NCBI GenBank assembly: GCA_002506825.1
Contig: DAYH01000010.1
Location: forward strand, 33,077-97,076
Direction: 5' to 3'
Length of the DNA: 64,000 nucleotides
Source of the DNA: Euryarchaeota archaeon UBA103
Lineage (GTDB): Archaea > Thermoplasmatota > Poseidoniia > Poseidoniales > Thalassarchaeaceae
Position numbers and translations under genes: made by a program. Each line of letters starts with the position of its first letter. Within the stretch, counting starts at the first letter, position 1. Under the pieces are notes generated by a model. That model was not told the origin of the DNA and did no database searches. It saw nothing but the letters and a program-made list of their open reading frames with translations. Below are positions 38,073 through 48,833 of this stretch, piece by piece.

Positions 38073-38774
38073 ATGGCTCATGACTGGCTAGTGCGTGCCG
38101 CCAGTACCTACAACATGCATTCCCTAGAGGCTAAGGATGACTATGCCGCAATACTTCTAATGCCCGTTGAGACACTCTCAGAAATTATCGGGTGGACATT
38201 CACATCCCTTCCCGACGAGATACTTGTTGGGATCGATCCTGATGTCAGCCTTCCTCATCCAGATGGGGTGGACATGCGGTTTACTGGGGAAGATTTCCAG
38301 GCTGGATTGTTCGCAGGTCAAGGATATGTACTGGGAAACCCCCATCTTGTAAACAGGGGCGACTCTTTCTCTGTTCATCATGTCCCTGAGGAATGGATTG
38401 ATGGGATATTCACAGAAGAACGAGGATCAAGGGGAGGGAGGTTCACTCACTGGATTCACTCACATCCAAATGCTGTAGCGGTTCCAAGTGAGGCTGATGC
38501 AGATGCGGCACAGTGGACAGATGGATGCGATATGATTCTCGGAGTTAGATACTCTCCCGAAGGACTCCTTCCGTGGTTCGATGAGGTCGGAGGAACCAGG
38601 AGGGGGCTTTCTCCAGGAGAGCGCCCTGTAACATTAGACAGAGGGGATCATCTTCCAGTTATCGGTAGAGCCGCAACGGGGCACACTATTCATGGACTCG
38701 AAGTGATAGCCTTCCATAGGTCGGGACTGGGGATTAATCTGATTCTAACAGATTCTGAAGGAGTTCCCCTCTAG
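38073..38774 (+). CDS. JAB1/MPN/Mov34 (JAMM) metalloprotease-family protein
   Basis: 'HWIHSHPNAVAVPSEADADAA' is H-x-H-x7-S-x2-D. A candidate upstream Glu lies in 'PDEILVGI'. Confidence 0.65.
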   Translation: MAHDWLVRAASTYNMHSLEAKDDYAAILLMPVETLSEIIGWTFTSLPDEILVGIDPDVSLPHPDGVDMRFTGEDFQAGLFAGQGYVLGNPHLVNRGDSFSVHHVPEEWIDGIFTEERGSRGGRFTHWIHSHPNAVAVPSEADADAAQWTDGCDMILGVRYSPEGLLPWFDEVGGTRRGLSPGERPVTLDRGDHLPVIGRAATGHTIHGLEVIAFHRSGLGINLILTDSEGVPL

Positions 38775-38780
38775 TATTTT

Positions 38781-39314
38781 TCATTCCTTGAAAACGTGAT
38801 CTCTGAAGTGGGATAGCTCTTCGATACTACCTCTGATATCATCGAGAGCCCTGTGGCCCGATGGCTTGGAGAATCTTGGTGCCTTAGGATACCATCTCCT
38901 GACGATTTCCTTAACGGATGTTACATCTACACTCCTGTAGTGAAAGAATTCGTGTAGCTCTGGCATATATCTCCTTAGAAATCGTCTATCTTGGCCTATT
39001 GTATTGCCACACAGAGGAGGAACTCCAGCTAAACAGTGTTCCATTAGGAACTCCAAGGTAAGTCTTTCAGCCTCTGCTATGGGAACGCCATCTGATCTGA
39101 CTCTCTTTAGGAGGCCATTCTTAGTATGATGAGTTATGTTCCAATCATCCATCTTCTCCAATTCTGATTCAGGCTGTGATATGGCCAAAGACGGGCCTTC
39201 AGAGACCAAGGTTAAGTCTCCCTCGGTAACTATGGTGGCTATTTCGATTATTTTATTCTCTACTGGATCGAGGCCTGTCATCTCCAAATCAAGCCAAACC
39301 AGTCTGTCCTCCAT
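38781..39314 (-). CDS. orn: Oligoribonuclease (DEDDh 3'-5' exoribonuclease)
   Basis: Near-colinear with E. coli Orn as I recall it: 'LVWLDLEMTGLDP', 'IIEIATIVT', 'MDDWN', 'CGNTIGQDRRFLRRYMPEL', 'FHYRSVDVTSVKE', 'HRALDDIRGSIEEL'. Confidence 0.9.
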   Translation of the reverse strand: MEDRLVWLDLEMTGLDPVENKIIEIATIVTEGDLTLVSEGPSLAISQPESELEKMDDWNITHHTKNGLLKRVRSDGVPIAEAERLTLEFLMEHCLAGVPPLCGNTIGQDRRFLRRYMPELHEFFHYRSVDVTSVKEIVRRWYPKAPRFSKPSGHRALDDIRGSIEELSHFRDHVFKE

Positions 39315-39382
39315 GCGTCGGCCGGGAGTGTGTGTGAGTCTTGAGTGTTGGGGGCGACAATCATAGGGCTCTCTGCTCGCGC

Positions 39383-40642
39383 ATGGCCATGGCTGGAGTA
39401 AGCTACATTGGACTTCTTAGGTCCAATGCACCGTACAGAAGGCTATTCACAGCCAATGAGATTTCCTATATTGGAGATTGGTTCTCGATGATTGCCCTGT
39501 TCTTACTGGCGGGTGAAGCCTCCAATAATTCTCCCCTGGCTATTGCTGGAGTTCTTGCCACTAGGAGCTTTACATTCGCGCCATTAGAGCCATTGACAGG
39601 AATGCTTGCAGATCGTTATCCGAGGAAGTGGCTAATGGTTCTGGGCAATGTCTGGTCATTCGCCATTCTTGTAACAGCTCTTTCACTTGGGGCGCTGGAC
39701 AGTCTGACTTCAGTATACCTTCTTGGGATGGCTATGGTAGTCGGTAGAGCGATATCCTCCAATGCAGAGTCTGCTTACGTCCCTAACATTTGCACTAAGG
39801 AGGAGTTGCTTTCTGCAAATGCCCTGTCTTCCGGAGGTTGGTCTGCGGCCATGGGAATTGGAGCGGGAATTGGTGGTCTGACAATCTCACAGTACGGAAT
39901 CGAGACTGCGCTTTGGATTGATTCTGTGACCTTCCTAGCCGCTATAATTCTAATCATGACCCTGCCACATGGAGGTCCTGAGAAATCGGGTATTTTTTCA
40001 AGCGGGCCTAAAGCGATGGTTGCAGAGATTCTGTCTGGTTGGAAGTACATCCTATCGAAGCCACCTATCAGAAGAGTGGTTTTGGCAAAGGCAATGTGGG
40101 CTTCGGGAGGGGGGGCTCAGGTCTTTCTTTTGATTCTAATAGGGCGAGAAGCGGGTTTTGGGGACGTCGCAGCTGGAATTGGTATCCTGTACATGGCTAG
40201 AGGATTTGGATCGGGTTTCGGACCCATAATCAGTCGCCGATTCATGACTAATGATAGGTTAGTTCCATATCTATTAGGAGGGGTTCTGATAATCAGCGGG
40301 GCTTTCTACATGGCAGTTGCGGTTTCAGAATGGACTACGATAATACTCGTCTATGTTTTCATCTCCCATGCGGCTAGCGGAGTCAACTGGGTACTTTCAA
40401 CCACTATGCTCCAGAAGAGGAGCGAGGACGAGTGGTTAGGGAGGGTATTCGGTACTGACTCACTTGGAATTACTCTGACAATGGGCCTGTCTACCGTAGC
40501 GGCTGGGCTGATTTTAGAAAACGATTTTCTCACGCTTAGAGAGACTATAATTATCACCGGGGCATTGCAAATATTGGCTGGCCTACTATGGGTATTACTA
40601 GCGACCCCTCATGAGAAGAAGATGTTAGATGATTCTATCTAG
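39383..40642 (+). CDS. MFS transporter (MFS_3/EntS-like)
   Basis: About 12 TM segments. 'YRRLFTANEISYIGDWFSMIAL' is typical of this MFS subfamily. Start set to ATG 39383; the track begins at TTG 39341. Confidence 0.7.
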   Translation: MAMAGVSYIGLLRSNAPYRRLFTANEISYIGDWFSMIALFLLAGEASNNSPLAIAGVLATRSFTFAPLEPLTGMLADRYPRKWLMVLGNVWSFAILVTALSLGALDSLTSVYLLGMAMVVGRAISSNAESAYVPNICTKEELLSANALSSGGWSAAMGIGAGIGGLTISQYGIETALWIDSVTFLAAIILIMTLPHGGPEKSGIFSSGPKAMVAEILSGWKYILSKPPIRRVVLAKAMWASGGGAQVFLLILIGREAGFGDVAAGIGILYMARGFGSGFGPIISRRFMTNDRLVPYLLGGVLIISGAFYMAVAVSEWTTIILVYVFISHAASGVNWVLSTTMLQKRSEDEWLGRVFGTDSLGITLTMGLSTVAAGLILENDFLTLRETIIITGALQILAGLLWVLLATPHEKKMLDDSI

Positions 40643-41443
40643 GCCAATTAGTACAACTATCGGGGCAATTGAAAAAATGACATTCTGAAATAGTGACTTA
40701 GCAGATGCTTGAACTCTTCGAGTCACACGGTCCTGTATCTCCCTATCCAGCTTTTCCATGGCGGCTGTAGCTGGCTCCTTCACTCTTCCAAGGATTTCTT
40801 CTAATGTGTCAGCACCTCTGTCCAGTATAGAGTAGATAATCTCAGTAAAGGGATTCGTTTCTGGAACTATGGTTGCTTCGCCATCTACCTCAAAGTTGAC
40901 TTCCATTACCTCCCTCCAGGGTCTGGGAATTCCTGAATCGCTGACATTCTGGAGAATATTTCTTCCAACTACTGCACCTTGAACTACCATCTTTGCGGTC
41001 GAGAGATTGTATTTTGCGATTGATTGGATATCCCGTCTTGACCGCATCACTTTTGAAAAATCTGAGAATAGCCATAAAGCTCCGGCCAATAGAAGAAGCG
41101 CTACTCCCATGTCGGGCGTATCCTCCCATGACTGCCAGCCAATTGGCCCTAGCCAGTAACGCGCGGCTATTGCGACGATCGCTGGCAGAATGAATGACAT
41201 TGTCTCATTGACTACGATTAGCCAGAATCCCTTTACAGGTAATGATTTTATTTGAGTCAAGAACCACCTAATATGCTTCGTTCTCTCACCCGGGGGGGCA
41301 TAGGTATTGATTAGATCAATTAGTGGAGGAGCTACGAAAACCAGTCTCAAAATAAAGGGTACTGCGAGCATTAGAATATAGGCATCCCACGGAGATGCTG
41401 GAGGAAGGCTTGGTATTGCGAAGGCATCAGCCATGCAACTCAC
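40625..41443 (-). CDS. Hypothetical membrane protein (272 aa)
   Basis: An ORF with 4-5 hydrophobic segments and a soluble central region. Last gene of the co-directional guaB-msrA-alkB string. Confidence 0.45.
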   Translation of the reverse strand: MSCMADAFAIPSLPPASPWDAYILMLAVPFILRLVFVAPPLIDLINTYAPPGERTKHIRWFLTQIKSLPVKGFWLIVVNETMSFILPAIVAIAARYWLGPIGWQSWEDTPDMGVALLLLAGALWLFSDFSKVMRSRRDIQSIAKYNLSTAKMVVQGAVVGRNILQNVSDSGIPRPWREVMEVNFEVDGEATIVPETNPFTEIIYSILDRGADTLEEILGRVKEPATAAMEKLDREIQDRVTRRVQASAKSLFQNVIFSIAPIVVLIGLDRII

Positions 41444-41475
41444 AAGGGAGGGTTAGCAATCAACCTCTCTACGAA

Positions 41476-41937
41476 TTAACGAGAATGACTGGTTGCTAAT
41501 GCCTCTGCCTGATTCATCGCTGCCCTAAGTAGAAAGAAGGCGACTATGCAACCAATAAAGAAGCTGCTTCCCACGTAAACGTGAGTCTCAAACATCAGAA
41601 TCCCTATGGCTGTGAGTGATAGGTATGAGATTGTTTGACATATCAAGGAGAGTCTCTGTAACATTATGAATTCTATCTCATGTACATTAGATGCTTCTTG
41701 GATGTACGAGTTAATGAGGAAGAAAATTGCTTGGAATGGGAGAGCTGCCGCCAAGACAGCGAGACATGCCACGGTAATCATCCCAGGATTATCAGGATCT
41801 AACTCTAAGCCCCTGAATAGTAAATTACCGGTATTGAGACCAATTATGGCTGCGTGAATTGCCCAGGCCTTGTCAGTCGGGACGTCATCATCATCATCCC
41901 TTCTGGGAACGACCATGGAAGGCTGCATCCCAATCAA
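41476..41937 (-). CDS. Hypothetical 4-TM membrane protein (153 aa)
   Basis: An ORF with four clear hydrophobic helices lying downstream of alkB. ATG 41928 is an alternative to TTG 41937. Confidence 0.45.
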   Translation of the reverse strand: MIGMQPSMVVPRRDDDDDVPTDKAWAIHAAIIGLNTGNLLFRGLELDPDNPGMITVACLAVLAAALPFQAIFFLINSYIQEASNVHEIEFIMLQRLSLICQTISYLSLTAIGILMFETHVYVGSSFFIGCIVAFFLLRAAMNQAEALATSHSR

Positions 41938-41999
41938 GAATTGAAGGTTGCCCCGATGAAGGCATAGCTAGTGTGAGTTAGTAGACGGATCATAAGAAC

Positions 42000-43025
42000 T
42001 CAGATGTTCGGAGCCCTTCCTCTCATCATTTTCCTCCATAGTGGAGGTAATAGACATGGCCACCAGCATGCATAGTAGCCAGAAGGCAGTTTGGGAGCTT
42101 CAGGATATGGTCTTAGTTTCCAGAAAGGAACGGATGCGTGGAGATGGTGATCAGAGTGCCTGGTCAGCTCCAGAAGACTCCACCTAGACCACCTAGCCTC
42201 TGTATTCCAAGCGTGTCCTTCTTCGAACCTCCCTCCGTTCTCCCTCCTGAGTCCCCAGTGACGAATGTAATTGACATACTCAAGAGTAAGTATAGCAATA
42301 CCTGAGGCTATTAGCCAACCAATTAGGACAGGCCCCGCCCAGTCAATACCTGCATAGTGCAGGAGAATCAGAATTGCTATACACAGCGATTGGAGGGCCA
42401 AACCCCTCCATGATGGGTTTCTGAAACCGGTCCTACCCTTCCTATTGTGTACTCTCACTGATGATAGGAATTGCCCGGGTATGGTCCTAACCCAGAACGA
42501 CCAGATACTCTGCTCATAGGTCGCACTGGCTGGATCCTTGTCCGTGGCCACGTTTTTGTGATGATTGTGATTGTGCTCAGTAGTGAAATGAGTATAATTT
42601 ATACTGAAAAGGAGTGCTCTTGCCAATCTCCATCCAGGGCTTTTGGGCCTCTTGTGACCTAGCTCATGTGCTGTGACGATGGCAGAGGCCGCGGCAACCA
42701 GGCCAGTTGACAGAGATGCCGTCAATAGCCAACGGGTGATTCCCTCACTTGCGGCGAAGTAGAAGAACGTGGCTAGCATTACAAAGTGCAATATTCCATG
42801 GACCCAGAGTAGCCTCTCAAAGGGAGTACCAGACTCTCGTGGGGGCCTAGGGAACTCCGACTCTCCTAATAGGACGTCAAGAATGGGGCTCAATACCCAA
42901 ATGAAAAGAACGCCGGACAGGGTGTAGACCCCGCCTAGCACATTTCCACTGATTGCTAGCATCGGACTTATGAGCCCTAGTAGGTGAACAGACCAAGGTT
43001 CGGGACTCAGCGTTATGTCACTCAT
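42000..43025 (-). CDS. alkB: AlkB-type integral-membrane alkane 1-monooxygenase (fatty-acid desaturase superfamily)
   Basis: All diagnostic boxes are present: 'AHELGHK', 'EHNHNHHKNVATDKDPASA', 'NYIRHWGL', 'LTRHSDHH'. Compare AlkB HELxHK, EHxxGHH, NYxEHYGL, LQRHSDHHA. Confidence 0.85.
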   Translation of the reverse strand: MSDITLSPEPWSVHLLGLISPMLAISGNVLGGVYTLSGVLFIWVLSPILDVLLGESEFPRPPRESGTPFERLLWVHGILHFVMLATFFYFAASEGITRWLLTASLSTGLVAAASAIVTAHELGHKRPKSPGWRLARALLFSINYTHFTTEHNHNHHKNVATDKDPASATYEQSIWSFWVRTIPGQFLSSVRVHNRKGRTGFRNPSWRGLALQSLCIAILILLHYAGIDWAGPVLIGWLIASGIAILTLEYVNYIRHWGLRRENGGRFEEGHAWNTEARWSRWSLLELTRHSDHHLHASVPFWKLRPYPEAPKLPSGYYACWWPCLLPPLWRKMMRGRAPNI

Positions 43026-43539
43026 ACAGGTGGGCGTGCTTGGCTCTGGTCTTAGCTATTTTTGGAGCTACGACCATCATACAGTAAGGATTCGAAGGGT
43101 TATTCTTGAAGTAGTCATGATGGTATTTTTCTGCAACATAAAAGTTCTCGAGTGGTGAAACCTCAGTTACAATCTCATTATCATATACATCGCCCATTTC
43201 TTCTATCACTGAATGTGAGTCGATTTTCTGGGCCTCTGAATTATAGAAAATTGCGCTTCTGTAATGCGTCCCTATGTCATTTCCTTGCCTGTTCAGCTGG
43301 GTTGGATCATGACATGTGAAGAATACCTCCAATAGGGATTTTCTATCAATCTTTGATGGGTCAAAAATCACCTTTACGACCTCAGCATGACCCGTTCCCT
43401 TAGCACAGACCTGCTCATAAGTAGGATTCACAACGTGTCCCCCGGAATATCCCGGGCTGACTTCAGAAACTCCTCTCAATCCTATTAGTGCCTCCTCGAC
43501 ACACCAAAAACAGCCTCCGCCAAGGACGATTTCTTCCAG
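43018..43539 (-). CDS. msrA: Peptide-methionine (S)-S-oxide reductase MsrA; the 5' end is unresolved (see finding)
   Basis: 'GYSGGHVVNPTYEQVCAKGTGHAEVVKVIFDP', 'HDPTQLNRQGNDIGTHYRSAIF'. The catalytic 'GGGCFWCVEEA' is encoded in-frame at 43521-43489, upstream of the track's TTG 43479. The upper bound given here is an in-frame CTG. Confidence 0.8.
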   Translation of the reverse strand: MEEIVLGGGCFWCVEEALIGLRGVSEVSPGYSGGHVVNPTYEQVCAKGTGHAEVVKVIFDPSKIDRKSLLEVFFTCHDPTQLNRQGNDIGTHYRSAIFYNSEAQKIDSHSVIEEMGDVYDNEIVTEVSPLENFYVAEKYHHDYFKNNPSNPYCMMVVAPKIAKTRAKHAHLYE

Positions 43540-43543
43540 ATTA

Positions 43544-45748
<2,205 letters not shown>

Positions 45749-45772
45749 AATGCCTGACGACTATCGAATGTC

Positions 45773-46108
45773 ATGGAACAAGTAGTAAACGGCATACTGG
45801 TGGTTAACACCGAGACCATACCTGGAAAGATTATCACTGAGACGATGGGAGTAGTCAGTGGCTCTACTGTCAGAGCAAAGCACCTTGGTAAGGATATATT
45901 CGCCGGTCTTCGAAATATTGTTGGTGGAGAACTGACTCAGTACACTGAGCTTCTGCAGGAGTCGCGTCAGGAGGCCGTTGGAAGAATGGTTTCAGATGCA
46001 ATGTCCATCGGCGCCACAGCAGTGGTGAATGTCAGATTCGCGACATCGGCAATAACGTCTGGGGCCGCAGAGCTGTTTGCCTATGGGACTGCAGTGAAAT
46101 ACGAGTAA
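45773..46108 (+). CDS. YbjQ/UPF0145-family protein
   Basis: 'GKIITETMGVVSGSTVRAKHLGKDIFAGLRNIVGGE...YTELLQESRQEA...GATAVVNVRF...ELFAYGTAV' is the YbjQ_1 pattern. Confidence 0.75.
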   Translation: MEQVVNGILVVNTETIPGKIITETMGVVSGSTVRAKHLGKDIFAGLRNIVGGELTQYTELLQESRQEAVGRMVSDAMSIGATAVVNVRFATSAITSGAAELFAYGTAVKYE

Positions 46109-46120
46109 TCGGGTGCTTCA

Positions 46121-46753
46121 ATGGATTCTCCAGATAATAGAATTGGGATAGTGGCGGTTGTCTCACTTTTGATGCTTTCATCATTCTCAATTGTAGCGGT
46201 CGCTCAGAATTCCGATGCAGGAGAGGGTAGTATCGCATGGGGCTTGATACTCTGTCTTCTCCCATTCATGATACTAGCTTTATTCGGGATATTATGGTCG
46301 TTGGCCTATCCAGCATTATTTATTTGGGGTGCGGCTTTCAGCAGTGGCGATGTAGAAAAATCTCACCAGGATGCTATTTCTAGGAGAATGGTCAGCAGAG
46401 AGAAAGCTGGGAAAGAGATCCTGAACACGATAAACGGAGGGTACAGAGGAGACGTCTCTAGTTCTGGGCTCGTTCATGCTAACGGGGTTTTCGGACCAAG
46501 CCATTGGCAACTTCTGATAGCGTTCTTCAACAACCTTGTAGGAGGAAGCGTTACTTCATTTCAGCAAGTAATTTCAGCAGGAAGGGCAGAAGTTATGCAG
46601 AGGCTACGTGAGCAAGCAGAAGCTCAGGGATGGGACGAAGTTATCAATGTCAGAATTGATACATCGAGTATGACACCACAGTCCCAAAATAACAAGAATA
46701 CGGTCCGCGGAGTTGAGATTTTCGCCTATGGGACTGGAATTAGGTACGACTGA
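46121..46753 (+). CDS. Membrane-anchored YbjQ-like domain protein
   Basis: Three N-terminal TM helices, then 'FFNNLVGGSVTSFQQVISAGRAEVMQRLREQAEAQGWDEVINVRID...VEIFAYGTGI', paralogous to the preceding gene. Confidence 0.55.
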   Translation: MDSPDNRIGIVAVVSLLMLSSFSIVAVAQNSDAGEGSIAWGLILCLLPFMILALFGILWSLAYPALFIWGAAFSSGDVEKSHQDAISRRMVSREKAGKEILNTINGGYRGDVSSSGLVHANGVFGPSHWQLLIAFFNNLVGGSVTSFQQVISAGRAEVMQRLREQAEAQGWDEVINVRIDTSSMTPQSQNNKNTVRGVEIFAYGTGIRYD

Positions 46754-46802
46754 GGGTTGATATTCCCCCACTGTTACGCAGGTTCCTCGACACGTCCCCT
46801 CT

Positions 46803-47843
46803 GTGGGATTCGGAGTGGGGATGAATATGCAAGGGCCCGTGACTAAGATTGAGCCAAGAATTGCGGCTAAGCTTTCCAAGCAGAAGTATCAGCTGGTTGG
46901 CGAGCATGGGGGTGTCAAGGTCTGTCACTGGACAAAGCAGAGCCTCATTGCTGATCGTTCGTGCTACAAAGGTACGTTCTACGGGATAGAAAGCCATGGG
47001 TGCATGCAGATGGCCCCAAACGTGGACACGTGCAATCTGGGATGTACCTACTGCTGGAGGGAGCCCCACTCCGACTCACTCAACAAGATAGATGATGATC
47101 CATATGAGTTATATCTAGAGTCTGTGAAGGCGCATAGGAGGCTTCTGACTGGATTTGGTGGGAATCCAAAGGCGGACAAGGAGAAGTTCCTTGATGCTCA
47201 AAATCCCAAGCACGTTGCTATCTCTCTGAACGGTGAGCCTACGCTGTACTCAAGATTGGGCGAATTCTTGGAGGTTTGTCATAATCACGGAACTTCCACT
47301 TTCCTAGTGACCAATGGAAGTCTCCCGAAGGTAATTGAGAACCTAGATCCACTGCCCACCCAACTCTATGTTTCGGTAGATGCCCCTAACAAGGAGATTT
47401 TCGACAGGCTATGTAAGCCTAAATTCGATCAAGGGGCCTTCTACAAGCTTGAAGAAACTCTGGAATTATTACCCAGTCTGGATACTAGGACGGTTTGTAG
47501 ACACACGCTAATCAAACATGAGTCCATGGGGTATCATGATGACTACGCTAGGCTAGATAATATTGCTGATCCTAATTTCATTGAGGCGAAGGGATATGTC
47601 AATGTAGGAAATAGCAGGAATAACCTCTCAATTGAGAATATGCCAACCCATCAAGAGGTCCTAGAGTTCTCACAGAAGCTGGCACCGATGGTTGGACGTG
47701 AGGTTCTCTCTGACAGGAGAGAGAGTAGGGTGGCCCTCATTGGAAAGGAGATGATTCCAGTTGAGCTCCCTGTAGCCAATACTGAGTTACCTAAGGACCT
47801 CGGTATCGCCAAGCCACAGAGGTTCCTTCTTCCTCAGGCTTGA
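46803..47843 (+). CDS. taw1: tRNA 4-demethylwyosine synthase Taw1/TYW1 (radical SAM)
   Basis: 'YQLVGEHGGVKVCHWTKQSLIADRSCYKGTFYGIESHGCMQMAPNVDTCNLGCTYCWR' has the conserved auxiliary Cys residues plus the CxxxCxxC-type radical-SAM cluster. ATG 46821 is a possible start. Confidence 0.85.
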   Translation: MGFGVGMNMQGPVTKIEPRIAAKLSKQKYQLVGEHGGVKVCHWTKQSLIADRSCYKGTFYGIESHGCMQMAPNVDTCNLGCTYCWREPHSDSLNKIDDDPYELYLESVKAHRRLLTGFGGNPKADKEKFLDAQNPKHVAISLNGEPTLYSRLGEFLEVCHNHGTSTFLVTNGSLPKVIENLDPLPTQLYVSVDAPNKEIFDRLCKPKFDQGAFYKLEETLELLPSLDTRTVCRHTLIKHESMGYHDDYARLDNIADPNFIEAKGYVNVGNSRNNLSIENMPTHQEVLEFSQKLAPMVGREVLSDRRESRVALIGKEMIPVELPVANTELPKDLGIAKPQRFLLPQA

Positions 47844-48829
47844 ACCATGGGCCTACTGGAACCGCATTCAGGACAAAGCTGATCCGTTGAGTCTGAATAG
47901 TCGTGATTGCAGGCGGGGCAGGTCCTCGAAAGAACTCTCCTCGTCTTGGAGGACACCTCTATCTTCTCATCCTCGACCCTTTCTAGCTTTAGGGCGTCTC
48001 TATCCACATCGGGAACGTCGAACCTTCCAGGCCCCCCTAGCTTTATGAGAAGGTCGGGGGGCAATGTGATTGTCCCTGTTTCATCGATAATTAGTTCCCG
48101 TGTTTCAGAAAGGTCGGACAAATCGAAATCGGTTCCATGTTGTGCTACGAACCTACCATCTCGAAGCTCCAGCGACCTCTCACAGAAGTATGCAACGTCC
48201 CTGTTGTGAGTGACGAGAAGGAATGCCACGTTCTCTTCCTCGTGGAGCTTCTCGAATAGCTCTAGAACCTCTCTACTGGTTATAGGGTCCAATGCACCGG
48301 TTGGCTCATCGGCAAGAATGAGCTTTGGGTTGGTTATGAGTGCCCTAGCTATTGCGACTCTCTGTTGCTCCCCTCCTGAAAGTTGCTCTGGCATCCCCAT
48401 CCATCTGTCTGCCATCGCTAGTTTCTCAAGAAGATCCATTGCCTTGGCCCTGGCTGGCCCTGGCATTACTCCCTGATGTCTGAGTGGTTGTGCGACGTTA
48501 TCTAATGCATTTAGATCTGGAAGCAGGTTCGAGTCTTGGAAGATGAAAGAAACGGTTTCCTGTCGGAGTTTTACTAGTTCGTTTCCAGTCATTCTAATCA
48601 TCTCCCTACCGCCCAAGGAAACTGAACCGGATGATGGTTTCATTAGTCCCCCTAGGCACTTCAGAAGAGTGGACTTGCCTGATCCCGATGGGCCAATGAC
48701 AGCTACAGCCTCTCCCTGCTTGATTCTGACATTGAGGCCTCTCAAGGCTACAACATTTCCCTCGAGGCTCAGGCTCTCATAGATATGATACATATTTTTG
48801 GCTTCCATTATTACCAAGCTTTCGTCCAT
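47834..48829 (-). CDS. ABC transporter ATP-binding protein (MacB/LolD type) with a ~105-aa C-terminal extension (AbrB-like segment plus zinc ribbon)
   Basis: Walker A 'GPSGSGKST', signature '[14 protein letters not shown]', Walker B '[12 protein letters not shown]'. Tail contains 'GTITLPPDLLIKLGGPGRFDV' and 'CPACNHDYSDSTDQLCPECG'. Confidence 0.85.
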   Translation of the reverse strand: MDESLVIMEAKNMYHIYESLSLEGNVVALRGLNVRIKQGEAVAVIGPSGSGKSTLLKCLGGLMKPSSGSVSLGGREMIRMTGNELVKLRQETVSFIFQDSNLLPDLNALDNVAQPLRHQGVMPGPARAKAMDLLEKLAMADRWMGMPEQLSGGEQQRVAIARALITNPKLILADEPTGALDPITSREVLELFEKLHEEENVAFLLVTHNRDVAYFCERSLELRDGRFVAQHGTDFDLSDLSETRELIIDETGTITLPPDLLIKLGGPGRFDVPDVDRDALKLERVEDEKIEVSSKTRRVLSRTCPACNHDYSDSTDQLCPECGSSRPMVQA

Positions 48830-48833
48830 TCTA

